Source: a bacterium (GTDB taxonomy: Bacteria; RBG-13-61-14; DATKZS01). From it: DNA of 64,000 bases. A program made the translations under genes and the position numbers. This document shows positions 9,708 through 19,663 of this stretch, piece after piece. Every line of letters begins with the position of its first letter. Within the stretch, counting starts at the first letter, position 1. The stretch lies in the NCBI GenBank assembly GCA_963674965.2, contig CAXXFL010000001.1, positions 1,280,001-1,344,000 of the forward strand, read 5' to 3'. A model generated the notes under the pieces. That model worked only from the letters and a program-made list of their open reading frames with translations. It was not told the DNA's origin and did not search any database.

Positions 9708-11042
9708 ATGGTCAGCAGGATAGCCGGATTGCGAGGGGTGGCCGAGGAGGCGTACAAGGAAGCCCTTCTCGCCGCGGACCCGGAGGAGGCGATCCACCGT
9801 TATTTCAGGGTCAGGAACAACGTGCTCCGAGTGGGAGACGTGGATTATTTCCTTTCCCGGTTCGAGCGGATATTCGTCGTCGGCGCGGGCAAGGCCTCGG
9901 TCAAAATGGCCAACGCCGTCGAGAGGATACTCGGCGCCCGCGTCTCGGGCGGCATCATCATTACCAACCGGGCCCAGCCCAACCGCCTTCGCAACATCCT
10001 GGTCCGCGAGGCTGGCCATCCCCTGCCCGACGAGGACGGGGTCAGGGCCACGGAGGAGTTGCTCGAGTTCGTCGAGCCCATGACCGAGCGGGACCTGGTC
10101 ATATGCGTAATCTCCGGCGGAGGCTCGGCCCTTTTGACCTCTCCCCTTGACGGCGTCGAGGTGTCGGACCTCCAAAAGGCCACGCGCCTTTTCCTTTCCT
10201 CGGGCATGACCATCCATGAGATCAACGCCGTAAGAAAGCACGTCGAGAAGGTGAAGGGGGGAAGGCTGGCCGAGAAAATCTTTCCCGCCACCACCATCAC
10301 CCTCATTCTTTCCGACGTTATCGGCGACAACCTCGACGTTATCGCCAGCGGGCCCACCAGTCCGGACACGCAGACCTTCGCCGACGCGGTCGAGATACTC
10401 AACCGTCGCGGGATATGGACCGAGGTCCCCGAGTCGGTCAGGGCCGTCCTGGAAAAGGGGGAAAAGGGCGAGCTGCCGGAGACGCCCAAGGAGGACAGCG
10501 AGGCCTTCAGGCGCGTCCACCACCAGATCATCGGCTCGAACCGGCTCTCGCTCATCTCCGCCGATTACAGGGCCCATCGGCTGGGCATGTCCACCATGAT
10601 CCTATCCTCGAGCGTCTCGGGAGAGTCGCGCGAGATAGCCCATTTCTACGCCGCCCTGGCCAGGGAAATCCACGCGCACGGAAGGCCCCTGCACCCGCCG
10701 GCCTGTCTGATAGCGGGGGGCGAGACCACCGTAACCGTCGCGGGCTCGGGCAAGGGTGGAAGATGCCAGGAGTTGGCCCTGGCCGTGGCCAGGGACATAA
10801 AGGACGTGCCCGGCGTGGTTTTTCTGGCCGCGGGAACGGACGGCCTGGACGGGCCGACCGACGCGGCCGGCGCGTTAGTGGACTCGACCACCGTCGCCCG
10901 GGCCAAGAGAAAGGGACTAAATCCCTACGAGGTTTTGATAAACAACGACTCGTACAACCTGTTTAAAGAGCTTGGAGACCTTTTTACCACCGGTCCCACC
11001 GGCACGAACGTGATGGACATTCACATCCTGCTGGTGGGATGA
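9708..11042 (+). CDS. Glycerate 2-kinase (MOFRL / TtuD-GckA family)
   Basis: GAGKAS, ISGGGSAL, SDVIGD..DVIASGP, AGGETTV, GTDGLDG and TGTNVMD motifs. Confidence 0.92.
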   Translation: MVSRIAGLRGVAEEAYKEALLAADPEEAIHRYFRVRNNVLRVGDVDYFLSRFERIFVVGAGKASVKMANAVERILGARVSGGIIITNRAQPNRLRNILVREAGHPLPDEDGVRATEELLEFVEPMTERDLVICVISGGGSALLTSPLDGVEVSDLQKATRLFLSSGMTIHEINAVRKHVEKVKGGRLAEKIFPATTITLILSDVIGDNLDVIASGPTSPDTQTFADAVEILNRRGIWTEVPESVRAVLEKGEKGELPETPKEDSEAFRRVHHQIIGSNRLSLISADYRAHRLGMSTMILSSSVSGESREIAHFYAALAREIHAHGRPLHPPACLIAGGETTVTVAGSGKGGRCQELALAVARDIKDVPGVVFLAAGTDGLDGPTDAAGALVDSTTVARAKRKGLNPYEVLINNDSYNLFKELGDLFTTGPTGTNVMDIHILLVG

Positions 11043-11129
11043 AACCTTTTCAAGGCCCGGGAAGTCCGATAAAAACCAGCCCAGGCCGGGAACCTCCCGA
11101 GACGGGCCGGCCATAAACGGAGGATCGCC

Positions 11130-11942
11130 ATGTGGCTGACAATGGAACGCATGCTCGATTACGCCAAACCCGGCGAGTACGCGCTGGGCGCCTTTCACGC
11201 CATCAACCTCGAGCAGATGCAGGGAATCCTCGAGGCCGCCTTCGAGGAGCGGGCGCCAGTTATCGTGTCCATGGACGAGAGGGCCGCCATGTACGCCGGG
11301 ATCGGGCCCTTCCTGTCCATGAGCAAAGAGCTGGCCGAGGAAGTACCCGTGCCCGTGGCCGTGCAGTTCGATCACGTCCGCGACCTCGACCTTATCAAGC
11401 AGGCCTTGGCCAAGGGCATTACCGCGGTTTTATGCGACGTTCGCGAGATACCCCTGTACCGTTCTCTGGACAAGCTCCAAAAGATTAAAAAGGAGTGCGA
11501 CAAGACCGGGGCCCTGCTCGAGATCGAGATGCTTCTTCCCTCCGCCGACGACCTCGAGGCCCTGTCAAGGACCTTCAAGACCATCGGCCAGGTGGCCCCC
11601 TATTCCATCTGCGTCTCCGCCGACCAGGAGCACAAGACCCGGCCCCATCCCGATTTCTTCGAGATGGCGAAGAATTTAAATAAAAGCACGGACGTCAACT
11701 TCAGCCTGGCGGGCGCGGGACAATGGCCGGACGAGGACCTGAAGAAGGCCATCGAGTCGGGCGCGTGGAAGGTATCGATCGGGACCAGGATCAACCGGGG
11801 CTTCACCGAGGGGTTAAAGCAATTCCTCGACAAACACCCCGAGAGAATACATCCGCGCTCCTATCTGGGCGCCGCGCGGGATTCCTTCCGGGCCGAGGTG
11901 GCCCAGTGTATCCGACTGCTCGGATCGTCGGGAAAAATCTAG
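11130..11942 (+). CDS. Class II fructose-bisphosphate aldolase homologue with degenerate active site
   Basis: YALGAF, PVPVAVQFDH and HPRSYLGAAR...GSSGK match FBA-II; other metal motifs altered. Confidence 0.8.
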   Translation: MWLTMERMLDYAKPGEYALGAFHAINLEQMQGILEAAFEERAPVIVSMDERAAMYAGIGPFLSMSKELAEEVPVPVAVQFDHVRDLDLIKQALAKGITAVLCDVREIPLYRSLDKLQKIKKECDKTGALLEIEMLLPSADDLEALSRTFKTIGQVAPYSICVSADQEHKTRPHPDFFEMAKNLNKSTDVNFSLAGAGQWPDEDLKKAIESGAWKVSIGTRINRGFTEGLKQFLDKHPERIHPRSYLGAARDSFRAEVAQCIRLLGSSGKI

Positions 11943-12049
11943 AGTTATCTCTTTTACAATGATATGATTGAGACGGCGGAGCGCCCGGGCGGCTATCCGG
12001 TCGTCGGCGCTCGCCCATATTCGTGGAAAAGACGAAAGGAGTTTTAGCC

Positions 12050-12871
12050 ATGAAGAAATCAACGGCAGTCATCGCGGCGTTAATCTGTTTGTCAGCCCTT
12101 TTCAGCGCGTCGGCAGACAAGGAGAGGGTCCTGCGGCTGGCCACCACCACCAGCACTCAAAACAGCGGGCTGCTGGACGACCTTTTACCCCGGTTCGAAA
12201 AGTCCCACGGAGTAAAAGTCCACGTCATCGCGGTCGGTACGGGCAAGGCCCTCAAGTTGGGCGAGAACGGCGACGTGGACCTGGTCATGGTACACGCGCC
12301 CGCGGCCGAGATGGACTTTATGGACTCTGACTTCGGCGTCAACCGCCGTCCGTTCATGAAGAACGACTTCATCCTGGTGGGACCATCCTCGGACCCGGCC
12401 GGCCTTAAGGGTTCGGCCAACCTGGCCGAGGCCCTTGCCAAGATAAAGAAATCCGAGACGGCCCAGTTCATCTCGCGTGGAGACGACTCGGGCACGCATA
12501 AAAAGGAACTCGAGCTGTGGGAAAAAGCCGGGGGCAAGCCCTCGGGCGGCAATTACCTCGAGATCGGGCAGGGCATGGGGGCGGCCCTTCGCATGGCCGA
12601 CGAAAAGGACGCTTACACTCTTTCCGACCGGGGCACCTACTTGGCCATGAAGGACCAGATGGACCTGGCCATTTTGTTCGAGGGCGACGCGGGGCTTGAC
12701 AATCCTTACGCGGTCATAGCCGTCAATCCCGCCCGGTATCCGGACTCCAACTATATGGACGCCATGCTTCTTATAGCCTGGCTGACCTCACCTGAGGGCC
12801 AGAAGGCGATCGGAGACTTCCGCGTCGGCGGCGAGTTGCTTTTCCATCCCACCGCCATACCCGCGAAGTAA
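12050..12871 (+). CDS. tupA: Tungstate ABC transporter substrate-binding protein
   Basis: RLATTTSTQNSGLL (TTTS motif), GTGKAL, SRGDDSGTH, DRGTY. Confidence 0.92.
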   Translation: MKKSTAVIAALICLSALFSASADKERVLRLATTTSTQNSGLLDDLLPRFEKSHGVKVHVIAVGTGKALKLGENGDVDLVMVHAPAAEMDFMDSDFGVNRRPFMKNDFILVGPSSDPAGLKGSANLAEALAKIKKSETAQFISRGDDSGTHKKELELWEKAGGKPSGGNYLEIGQGMGAALRMADEKDAYTLSDRGTYLAMKDQMDLAILFEGDAGLDNPYAVIAVNPARYPDSNYMDAMLLIAWLTSPEGQKAIGDFRVGGELLFHPTAIPAK

Positions 12872-12892
12872 TAGGGGGCAAACCCGCTTTAT

Positions 12893-13564
12893 ATGGACTC
12901 GCCTCTCGAAATAGTACGCGGGGCCGAGGTCGCGGAAATCACGTGGCTTTCCTTCCGCGTGTCCCTTTCGGCCACGGCCATCGCCTCGGCCATGGCCGTG
13001 CCGGCCGGCCTGGTCCTCTCGAGCAAGGACTTCCCGGGCAAGGGAAAGGTCGTCACCATTCTCAACACCCTGCTGTCCCTGCCCACCGTTACCATCGGAC
13101 TTCTCCTTTACCTGGTCCTGTCCAAGAGCGGGCCCTTGAGCGGACTCTCGCTCCTTTACACTCCAACCGCCATTATTATCGGCCAGGTGGTCCTGGCCCT
13201 TCCCATCATCACCGCCCTTACTTACGCGGCCGTGGACGGCGTGGACGAGCGGGTCAGGTACACGGCCCTGACCCTGGGAGCGGGCAGGTGGCAGGCGGCC
13301 TGGGCCGTTCTTGCCGAGGCGAGGACGGGAATAATGGCGGGGGTGGTGGCCGGTTTCGGCCGGGTTATTTCCGAGGTCGGCAGCGTGCAGATGCTGGGCG
13401 GCAATATCAAGGGCTATACCAGGACCTTTACCACCGCCATCGCCCTGGACACCAGCAGGGGAGACTTCATGAGGTCCGTGGTCCTGGCTATAATACTCTT
13501 GGCCGTGGCCCTGTTAGTCAACGCCGTTGTACATAGGACGTTGTCTTCCAAAAAGAACAAGTGA
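12893..13564 (+). CDS. tupB: Tungstate ABC transporter permease
   Basis: LPTVTIGL and FGRVISEVG...GGNIKGYTR; follows tupA. Confidence 0.92.
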   Translation: MDSPLEIVRGAEVAEITWLSFRVSLSATAIASAMAVPAGLVLSSKDFPGKGKVVTILNTLLSLPTVTIGLLLYLVLSKSGPLSGLSLLYTPTAIIIGQVVLALPIITALTYAAVDGVDERVRYTALTLGAGRWQAAWAVLAEARTGIMAGVVAGFGRVISEVGSVQMLGGNIKGYTRTFTTAIALDTSRGDFMRSVVLAIILLAVALLVNAVVHRTLSSKKNK

Positions 13565-13612
13565 TATAATCGATAAAAATAGTGAAACCGTTTCGACAAT
13601 AAGGTTAATTAT

Positions 13613-14533
13613 TTGATATTGCGCGCAAAAAACATCGTCAAATCCTTCTCCGGCGTAATGGCGGTCAAAGCCGACGAACTTGGTTTTGAAAGGGGCGAGA
13701 TAACGGCCCTGGTCGGACCTAACGGCGCGGGGAAATCGACACTGCTTAAGATACTGGCGCTGCTAGATTATCCCGACCAGGGCGCGGTCTTTTTAAATGA
13801 GAAGCCCATCCAGGGCCACGGCTCCTGGTTCAAGGCCCGGAAAAAAATCACCATGGTCGATCAAAAGCCCTTTGCCTTTAACGGCTCGGTAAATCAAAAC
13901 GCCGCCTATGGGCTAAAGCTGCGGGGGCTGAGCGCGACCGAGATTCAAAAACGCGTGGACGGGGCCCTTTGTCTCTTCGGCCTGGAGGGCTTTCAAAAAA
14001 GGCGGGCCCGTACTTTAAGCGGCGGCGAAATCCAGCGCTTGGCCATTGCCCGCGCCGTGGTGCTCGAGCCGGACGTTCTTATTCTTGACGAGCCCACGGC
14101 CCACGTGGACGAGGGCAAGGTCAGGCGAGTGGAAGAGGTGATACGGGACTTAAGCCGCGAAAAAGGGACCGCGGTAATTATCGCCACCCACGACCAGGAC
14201 CAGGCCGTCCGACTGGCGAGCCGGACGATCAGGATGGAAAGAGGGACGCTCCTCGATTGCGGATCGCGGGTCCTGGCGGGGAAATTGACGAGAAGAGATG
14301 GGGGCCTTTATCTGGAGGTCGAGGGCAACTGGACCGGGCCGGACAAAACGTCGATTTGCTCGCTTAAGCTGGGAGACGGAGAAATCATTGTCACCATGGG
14401 AAGCGAATGCCCTCAGACTCGAGTGACCATTCCCAACGTAAGGGAAGTGGGGCCGGCGCCCGGCGAGGAAGTGACGGTGGAAAGCCTCGGGAGAACGGCC
14501 GCCGAGCCGGAAGTTGAAGAGGACGTCCGATGA
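13613..14533 (+). CDS. tupC: Tungstate ABC transporter ATPase
   Basis: GPNGAGKST, LSGGE, LILDEPT; follows tupAB. Confidence 0.85.
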   Translation: MILRAKNIVKSFSGVMAVKADELGFERGEITALVGPNGAGKSTLLKILALLDYPDQGAVFLNEKPIQGHGSWFKARKKITMVDQKPFAFNGSVNQNAAYGLKLRGLSATEIQKRVDGALCLFGLEGFQKRRARTLSGGEIQRLAIARAVVLEPDVLILDEPTAHVDEGKVRRVEEVIRDLSREKGTAVIIATHDQDQAVRLASRTIRMERGTLLDCGSRVLAGKLTRRDGGLYLEVEGNWTGPDKTSICSLKLGDGEIIVTMGSECPQTRVTIPNVREVGPAPGEEVTVESLGRTAAEPEVEEDVR

Positions 14534-14573
14534 GTCGTAAAATTCCGGAAGCTTTGGGAAGGAGGGGTTGTAA

Positions 14574-16163
14574 ATGAGCCTTCCACTAGAGGGCATACGG
14601 GTCCTGGATTTGTCTCGGGGCGTGGCGGCCTCCTTTTGCACTCTGGTCCTGGCCGAGTATGGGGCGGAGGTGATCAAGGTCGAGTCCCCGGATGGAGACA
14701 TGGTACGCGGCCAGGAGCCCCTCGAGCACGGCATGGGCGCGGTCTTCACCGCTCTCAACCGCAACAAGCGCAGCATCGTCTTGAACCTGAAGGACGACAA
14801 GGAGCGGGACAAGTTTCTCAAACTTGCCGCCACCGCCGACGTGGTGGTGGAGAATTATCGTCCCGGGGTCATGGAGAGCCTGGACCTGTCTTACGGGCGC
14901 CTGGCCGAGCTTAACCGGCGACTTATCGTGTGCTCGGTGTCGGCCTTCGGACAATCTGGCGAGTGGTCGAAAAAGGCCGCGCACGAGATCAACATCCTTG
15001 GCCTGAGCGGCATGCTTAAGGGTCTTTGCGACGCCGATGGCAACCCCGTGCTTCCCGTCACCCACCTGGCGGCGATGGTTGGAGGCTCGATGTGGGCCCT
15101 GGTCGGGATTCTCCTGGCCCTGATCGAGCGCGGCTCGAGCGGCTCGGGCATGCATCTGGACGTGGGCATCCTTCACGGCATCCAGTCGATCATGGCCCCC
15201 GAGATACTGACCGAGCTGATCAGCGGGGAGGAGCAGGTTTCCGGCAAGGCGTGGAACTCCGGCCCCACGCCCAGCAACTGCGTTTACCGGACCAGGGACG
15301 GAAAGTGGATAACCTTCGCGCCCATGGAGGCCAAGTACTGGAGTAATTTTTGCGAGCTCTTCGAGGCGGACAATCTCGCCGAGGCCGGCTTTCCGCACGG
15401 CGAGCGGGCGAAATGGGTCAAGACCCGGGTGGGCGGCATAATCGGCTCGCTGACTTTGGAGGAGTTTTTCGAGAAGGCCTCGGAAAAGGAGATCATGGCC
15501 GAGCCCATGCTGGGAATATCCGAGGCCCTGAAGCTGCGGCCGGTCAAGCAAAAGGGAACGGTGTTCCTTATAAAGAACCGGGAGGGCAAACTCTTTACCC
15601 AGCTTAAGCTGCCCCTTTCCTTTTCCGCTCCCTGCCCCGAGAACCCGCCCCCAGAAAAGGGCGAGCACGACGGCATCTACCTCACCCAACTGGCGGAAAG
15701 AGATGACTTAAAAACGATCCTGATCGTCTATCACTCGCAGGGCGGCGCCACGGAAAGCATGGCCCGGGCTTTCGCCAAGGGCGCCTCCAAGGTATCCAAC
15801 GTCAGGGTGAAACTTATGCGGGCCTCCGAGGCCACGGCCGGCGACCTTCTGGAGTGCAAGGGACTGGCCATAGGATCGCCTGAATATTTCGGATACATGG
15901 CCGGACAGATCAAGGACTTCTTCGACCGGACCTACGACGAGATAGGCGACCGCACCTTCCGACTGCCCTACGTGACCTTCGTCTGCGCCGGCAACGACGG
16001 GAGGGGAACCATCGCCGGCATCGAGCGCATAGCCGCGGGCTACAAGTGGAAGAAGGTGGCCGACTCCGCCCGCGTGGTGGGGGCCCCCAACGAGAAGACC
16101 TTCATGCGCCTCGAGGAACTGGGCGAAACCCTGGCCGCCGGCGTCGAGATGGGCATCTATTAA
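14574..16163 (+). CDS. CaiB/BaiF (family III CoA-transferase/racemase) domain fused to C-terminal flavodoxin-like domain
   Basis: LEGIRVLDLS, NRNKRSI and ADVVVENYRPG; from about 15708, ILIVYHSQGGATESMA...GSPEYFGYMAGQIKDFFDR. Confidence 0.85.
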   Translation: MSLPLEGIRVLDLSRGVAASFCTLVLAEYGAEVIKVESPDGDMVRGQEPLEHGMGAVFTALNRNKRSIVLNLKDDKERDKFLKLAATADVVVENYRPGVMESLDLSYGRLAELNRRLIVCSVSAFGQSGEWSKKAAHEINILGLSGMLKGLCDADGNPVLPVTHLAAMVGGSMWALVGILLALIERGSSGSGMHLDVGILHGIQSIMAPEILTELISGEEQVSGKAWNSGPTPSNCVYRTRDGKWITFAPMEAKYWSNFCELFEADNLAEAGFPHGERAKWVKTRVGGIIGSLTLEEFFEKASEKEIMAEPMLGISEALKLRPVKQKGTVFLIKNREGKLFTQLKLPLSFSAPCPENPPPEKGEHDGIYLTQLAERDDLKTILIVYHSQGGATESMARAFAKGASKVSNVRVKLMRASEATAGDLLECKGLAIGSPEYFGYMAGQIKDFFDRTYDEIGDRTFRLPYVTFVCAGNDGRGTIAGIERIAAGYKWKKVADSARVVGAPNEKTFMRLEELGETLAAGVEMGIY

Positions 16164-17638
16164 TTCAGCGGGTCGTAGTCGTCCTTGGCCGGCGCTCCCA
16201 GCTTGACAAGGACCGCGCCGCGGGGACTGACCTCGGTTTCGAACGCGCCGTCGAACTCTCCCAGGTCCTGTTGCAGCCACAGGTCGCGAGCGGGCTGAGG
16301 ACCGGAAAGACCGACGTCCGAGAACTCGACCTTTACCCGGGCTTCCTTGTCCGAGCGGTTGAAGAGGGCCACGGCCCGGGTCCCGTCCCATAAAGGCCTC
16401 GACCATACCTCGGTCTCGCCGCTTTTAGCCACTCGAGACCCCTGCTTGCCCAGGGGGTCCTGGTTGACCTCGATCACGTCGTGGTTCGTGAGGACGTCCA
16501 GGGTGAACTTGTCCATGTCCGCCATGTCGCAGCCGATTAATAAGGGCGAGGCCAGCATGCTCCAGAGCGTTATGTGCGTGACCTGCTCGTCGGGAGTAAG
16601 GCGGGTTTCCTTGACGTTCGGTCCCCACCCGACCTTGCCCACCACCAGCATGTCGGGGTCGTTCCAGTGGCCCGGACCCGCGTAGGGCTCGAGACCGTTT
16701 TGCCCGAAGCCTATCTTGGACATGCTGCCCCAGGTATCGCGGATATCGCCCGTCGTGCGCCACAGGTTGCCGCCCACTTCCTCGCCCCAGGTCTCGACGT
16801 CCTTCAGGCCGTACTCGCAGATGCTGTAAACGATGTCCCGGTCAAGAGAAGCCAGAATCTCGCCCATCTCCCGGTAGGGCTTGACGTACTGCTTTTTAAG
16901 GACCGTCATTTTCATGGGACCGTAGCTGCAAAGGTCGTATTTAAGATAATCGATGCCCCAGGCCGCGTAGGTCTCGGCGTCCTGCCGCTCGTGGCCGTAG
17001 CTGCCCTCGTACTGGCCGCAGGTCTTCGGGCCGGGCGAGGAATAGATACCCAGCTTAAGTCCCTTGCCGTGAACGTAGTCGGAAAGGGAATTCATGTCGG
17101 GGAACTTGTCGTTGGTGAGAATCTCCCCGTTTTCGGCCCGGCCGTTTTCCCAGCCGTCGTCAATGTTGATATAAGAGTAGCCCTTGGCCGCCAGGCCGCT
17201 CGAGACCATGGCGTCCGCCGCGGCCCTGACCTTGTCGTCCGAAACCGAAAGGCCCCACACGTTCCATGAGTTCCAGCCCATGGGCGGGGTCTGGGCCAGC
17301 TTGCCCTTGCCCGCGACGATGACCAGGTTGCGGGAATATTCACCCTTGTCTCCCACCACCGTGACGCGGGAGACGAAAACTCCATCCTCCTGGACCGAGC
17401 CGGAAATGATTCCCGAGCTTTTATCGATGGTAAGGCCCTCGGGCAACCCCGCCGCCATGTACTCGAGGGGCCCATCCCCGGTGGCCGGAACGAGGAATAA
17501 AAAGGGCCGGCCCGGCGTCGTGCCCACCGCCCTGGGCCCGTGAATCCTGGGCTCGGGCGGGTCCTGGCCGTTGACCTCGGCGGCCGCGGCCAAGAAAGAT
17601 AGCATCATCGCGGCCAGGGCGATAATGGCCGAGCCCAT
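16160..17638 (-). CDS. Secreted alpha-galactosidase (GH27) with N-terminal Ig-like domain
   Basis: TPPMGWNSWN, NIDDGW, DYLKYD, WRTTGDI and WNDPDML; GLPEGLTID Ig-like motif; signal peptide from ATG at 17638. Confidence 0.92.
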   Translation of the reverse strand: MGSAIIALAAMMLSFLAAAAEVNGQDPPEPRIHGPRAVGTTPGRPFLFLVPATGDGPLEYMAAGLPEGLTIDKSSGIISGSVQEDGVFVSRVTVVGDKGEYSRNLVIVAGKGKLAQTPPMGWNSWNVWGLSVSDDKVRAAADAMVSSGLAAKGYSYINIDDGWENGRAENGEILTNDKFPDMNSLSDYVHGKGLKLGIYSSPGPKTCGQYEGSYGHERQDAETYAAWGIDYLKYDLCSYGPMKMTVLKKQYVKPYREMGEILASLDRDIVYSICEYGLKDVETWGEEVGGNLWRTTGDIRDTWGSMSKIGFGQNGLEPYAGPGHWNDPDMLVVGKVGWGPNVKETRLTPDEQVTHITLWSMLASPLLIGCDMADMDKFTLDVLTNHDVIEVNQDPLGKQGSRVAKSGETEVWSRPLWDGTRAVALFNRSDKEARVKVEFSDVGLSGPQPARDLWLQQDLGEFDGAFETEVSPRGAVLVKLGAPAKDDYDPLN

Positions 17639-17691
17639 AAACCGGTTTCTTTTCTTAATCTCGTACACTTTTATCCTCCCGAAAAAATATA

Positions 17692-19380
17692 TCAGTTGCC
17701 TTTGTTTTTTATTTTCGCCCAGGCGTCGCGCAGAGTGACCGAGCGGTTGAAGACCAGCCTTTCCCCCGTCGAGTCCGGGTCCACGCTGAAATATCCCTTT
17801 CTCTCGAACTGGTAAAAGTCCTCGGGTTTGGCCCCCTTCAGGCTGGGCTCGACGAAGCACTCGGGCAGGACCTCGAGGGAATCGGGATTAAGGCCGTCCA
17901 GCCAGTCCCCGCCTTCCTCCACGTCGCCGGGATACTCGTTGGTAAACAGGCGGTCGTAGAGCCTGACCTCGGCCCGCAGGGCGCGCCGGGCCGACACCCA
18001 GTGGAGGGTCGCCTTGACCTTGCGTCCATCCTGGGCGTCGCCTCCCCTGGTGGCCGGATCGTAAGAGCATTTAAGCAACGTCACCTCGCCGTCCGCGTTC
18101 TTGACAACTTCATCGCACTTGATGAAGTAGGCGTAACGGAGGCGGACCTCTTTTCCCGGGGCCAGGCGGTAAAACTTCTTGGGAGGGTCCTCCATGAAGT
18201 CCTCCCTCTCGATGTACAGCTCCCGAGAGAAGGGGACCTTGCGCGTGCCCATGGACTCGTCCTCGGGGTTGTTGACCGCCTCGAACTCCTCCTCCATATC
18301 CGCGGGATAATTGGTTATCTCGATCTTGAGAGGATCGAGAACGCCCATTACCCGAGGGGCCCGTTTATTCAGGTCCTCCCTCAGGCAGTGCTCGAGAAGG
18401 GCAACGTCAACCGTGCTGTCGGCCTTGGCCACGCCGATCCGGCGGCAAAAAGCCTTGATAGACTCGGCCGTGTAGCCCCGCCTGCGAAGGCCGGAGATGG
18501 TGGGCATGCGCGGATCGCTCCAGCCCTTGACGTGCCCCTCCTTGACCAGGGTGATGAGCTTGCGCTTGCTCAGGACCGTGTAGGTCAGGTTGAGCCGGGC
18601 GAACTCGATCTGCTGGGGATGGTGGATGCCCAGTTGATTTATATACCAGTCGTAAAGGGGCCTGTGGTCCTCGAACTCGAGAGTGCATATCGAGTGGGTG
18701 ATGCCCTCGGTCGAGTCCGACTGGCCGTGGGCCCAGTCGTACATGGGATAGATGACCCACTTGCTTTTAGTCCTCGGGTGGGGCGCCTTGAGTATCCTGT
18801 ACATGACCGGGTCCCTCAGGTTGAGGTTGGGAGAGGCCATGTCTATCTTGGCCCGGAGCACCCTGGTCCCCTCCGCGAACTCACCCGCCTTCATGCGAGC
18901 GAAAAGATCGAGGTTCTCCGCGACCGGCCGTTCGCGAAAAGGACTGTCCTTGCCCGGGCGAGTCAGGGTCCCCCGGTACTCCCGAATCTCGTCGCCCGTA
19001 AGATCGCAAACAAAGGCCTTGCCCGCCTTGATCAACTCGACCGCCCAGTCGTGCAGCCGGTCGAAATAGTCCGAGGCGTAGTAAAGGTGCTCGCCCCAGT
19101 CGAAACCGAGCCACCTTACGTCCTCCTTGATCGACTCGATGTACTCCTCTTCCTCCTTGGTGGGATTGGTGTCGTCAAAGCGGAGGTGACAACGGCCGCC
19201 GTTCTCGGCCGCGATGCTGAAGTTCAGGTTGATGCTTTTGGCGTGCCCGATGTGAAGATAGCCGTTGGGCTCGGGCGGGAACCTGGTGACTACTTTGCCA
19301 TTCCATTTATTCGTCCGTTTGTCCTCGGCGACTACCTGCCGGATGAAGTCCAAAGACGCCGCGCCTGATTCTTCGGCCAT
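17692..19380 (-). CDS. glnS: Glutamine--tRNA ligase
   Basis: [21 protein letters not shown] and QFERKGYF motifs. Confidence 0.97.
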   Translation of the reverse strand: MAEESGAASLDFIRQVVAEDKRTNKWNGKVVTRFPPEPNGYLHIGHAKSINLNFSIAAENGGRCHLRFDDTNPTKEEEEYIESIKEDVRWLGFDWGEHLYYASDYFDRLHDWAVELIKAGKAFVCDLTGDEIREYRGTLTRPGKDSPFRERPVAENLDLFARMKAGEFAEGTRVLRAKIDMASPNLNLRDPVMYRILKAPHPRTKSKWVIYPMYDWAHGQSDSTEGITHSICTLEFEDHRPLYDWYINQLGIHHPQQIEFARLNLTYTVLSKRKLITLVKEGHVKGWSDPRMPTISGLRRRGYTAESIKAFCRRIGVAKADSTVDVALLEHCLREDLNKRAPRVMGVLDPLKIEITNYPADMEEEFEAVNNPEDESMGTRKVPFSRELYIEREDFMEDPPKKFYRLAPGKEVRLRYAYFIKCDEVVKNADGEVTLLKCSYDPATRGGDAQDGRKVKATLHWVSARRALRAEVRLYDRLFTNEYPGDVEEGGDWLDGLNPDSLEVLPECFVEPSLKGAKPEDFYQFERKGYFSVDPDSTGERLVFNRSVTLRDAWAKIKNKGN

Positions 19381-19663
19381 GGGAATTTCCTTTCCTGGAA
19401 AGAGTGTTTATTGCCAAAGGCCCCAAGGGGGACCGTTGATATATCGGCTCGATCCGCCCATTATATAACGAAAATCGAAAATTGCATCAGCGGCGTGAAA
19501 TCTTTTCGCTCAAGGCGCGAGCGGCCAATGCTCTTTCGGCCCCGAAAAAACACTTGATTTTTTCATAATCGCCGACTAATCTTTTGACCAGTATATGACC
19601 CGTTATGAAATCTCTCGTCTTGTCTTTACTCGTTGACGCGACAAAATTTCCCGGATAGAAAAA

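Noticed and set aside
17692-19380. glnS as an unusual feature
   Set aside because: Ordinary GlnRS with no extra domain
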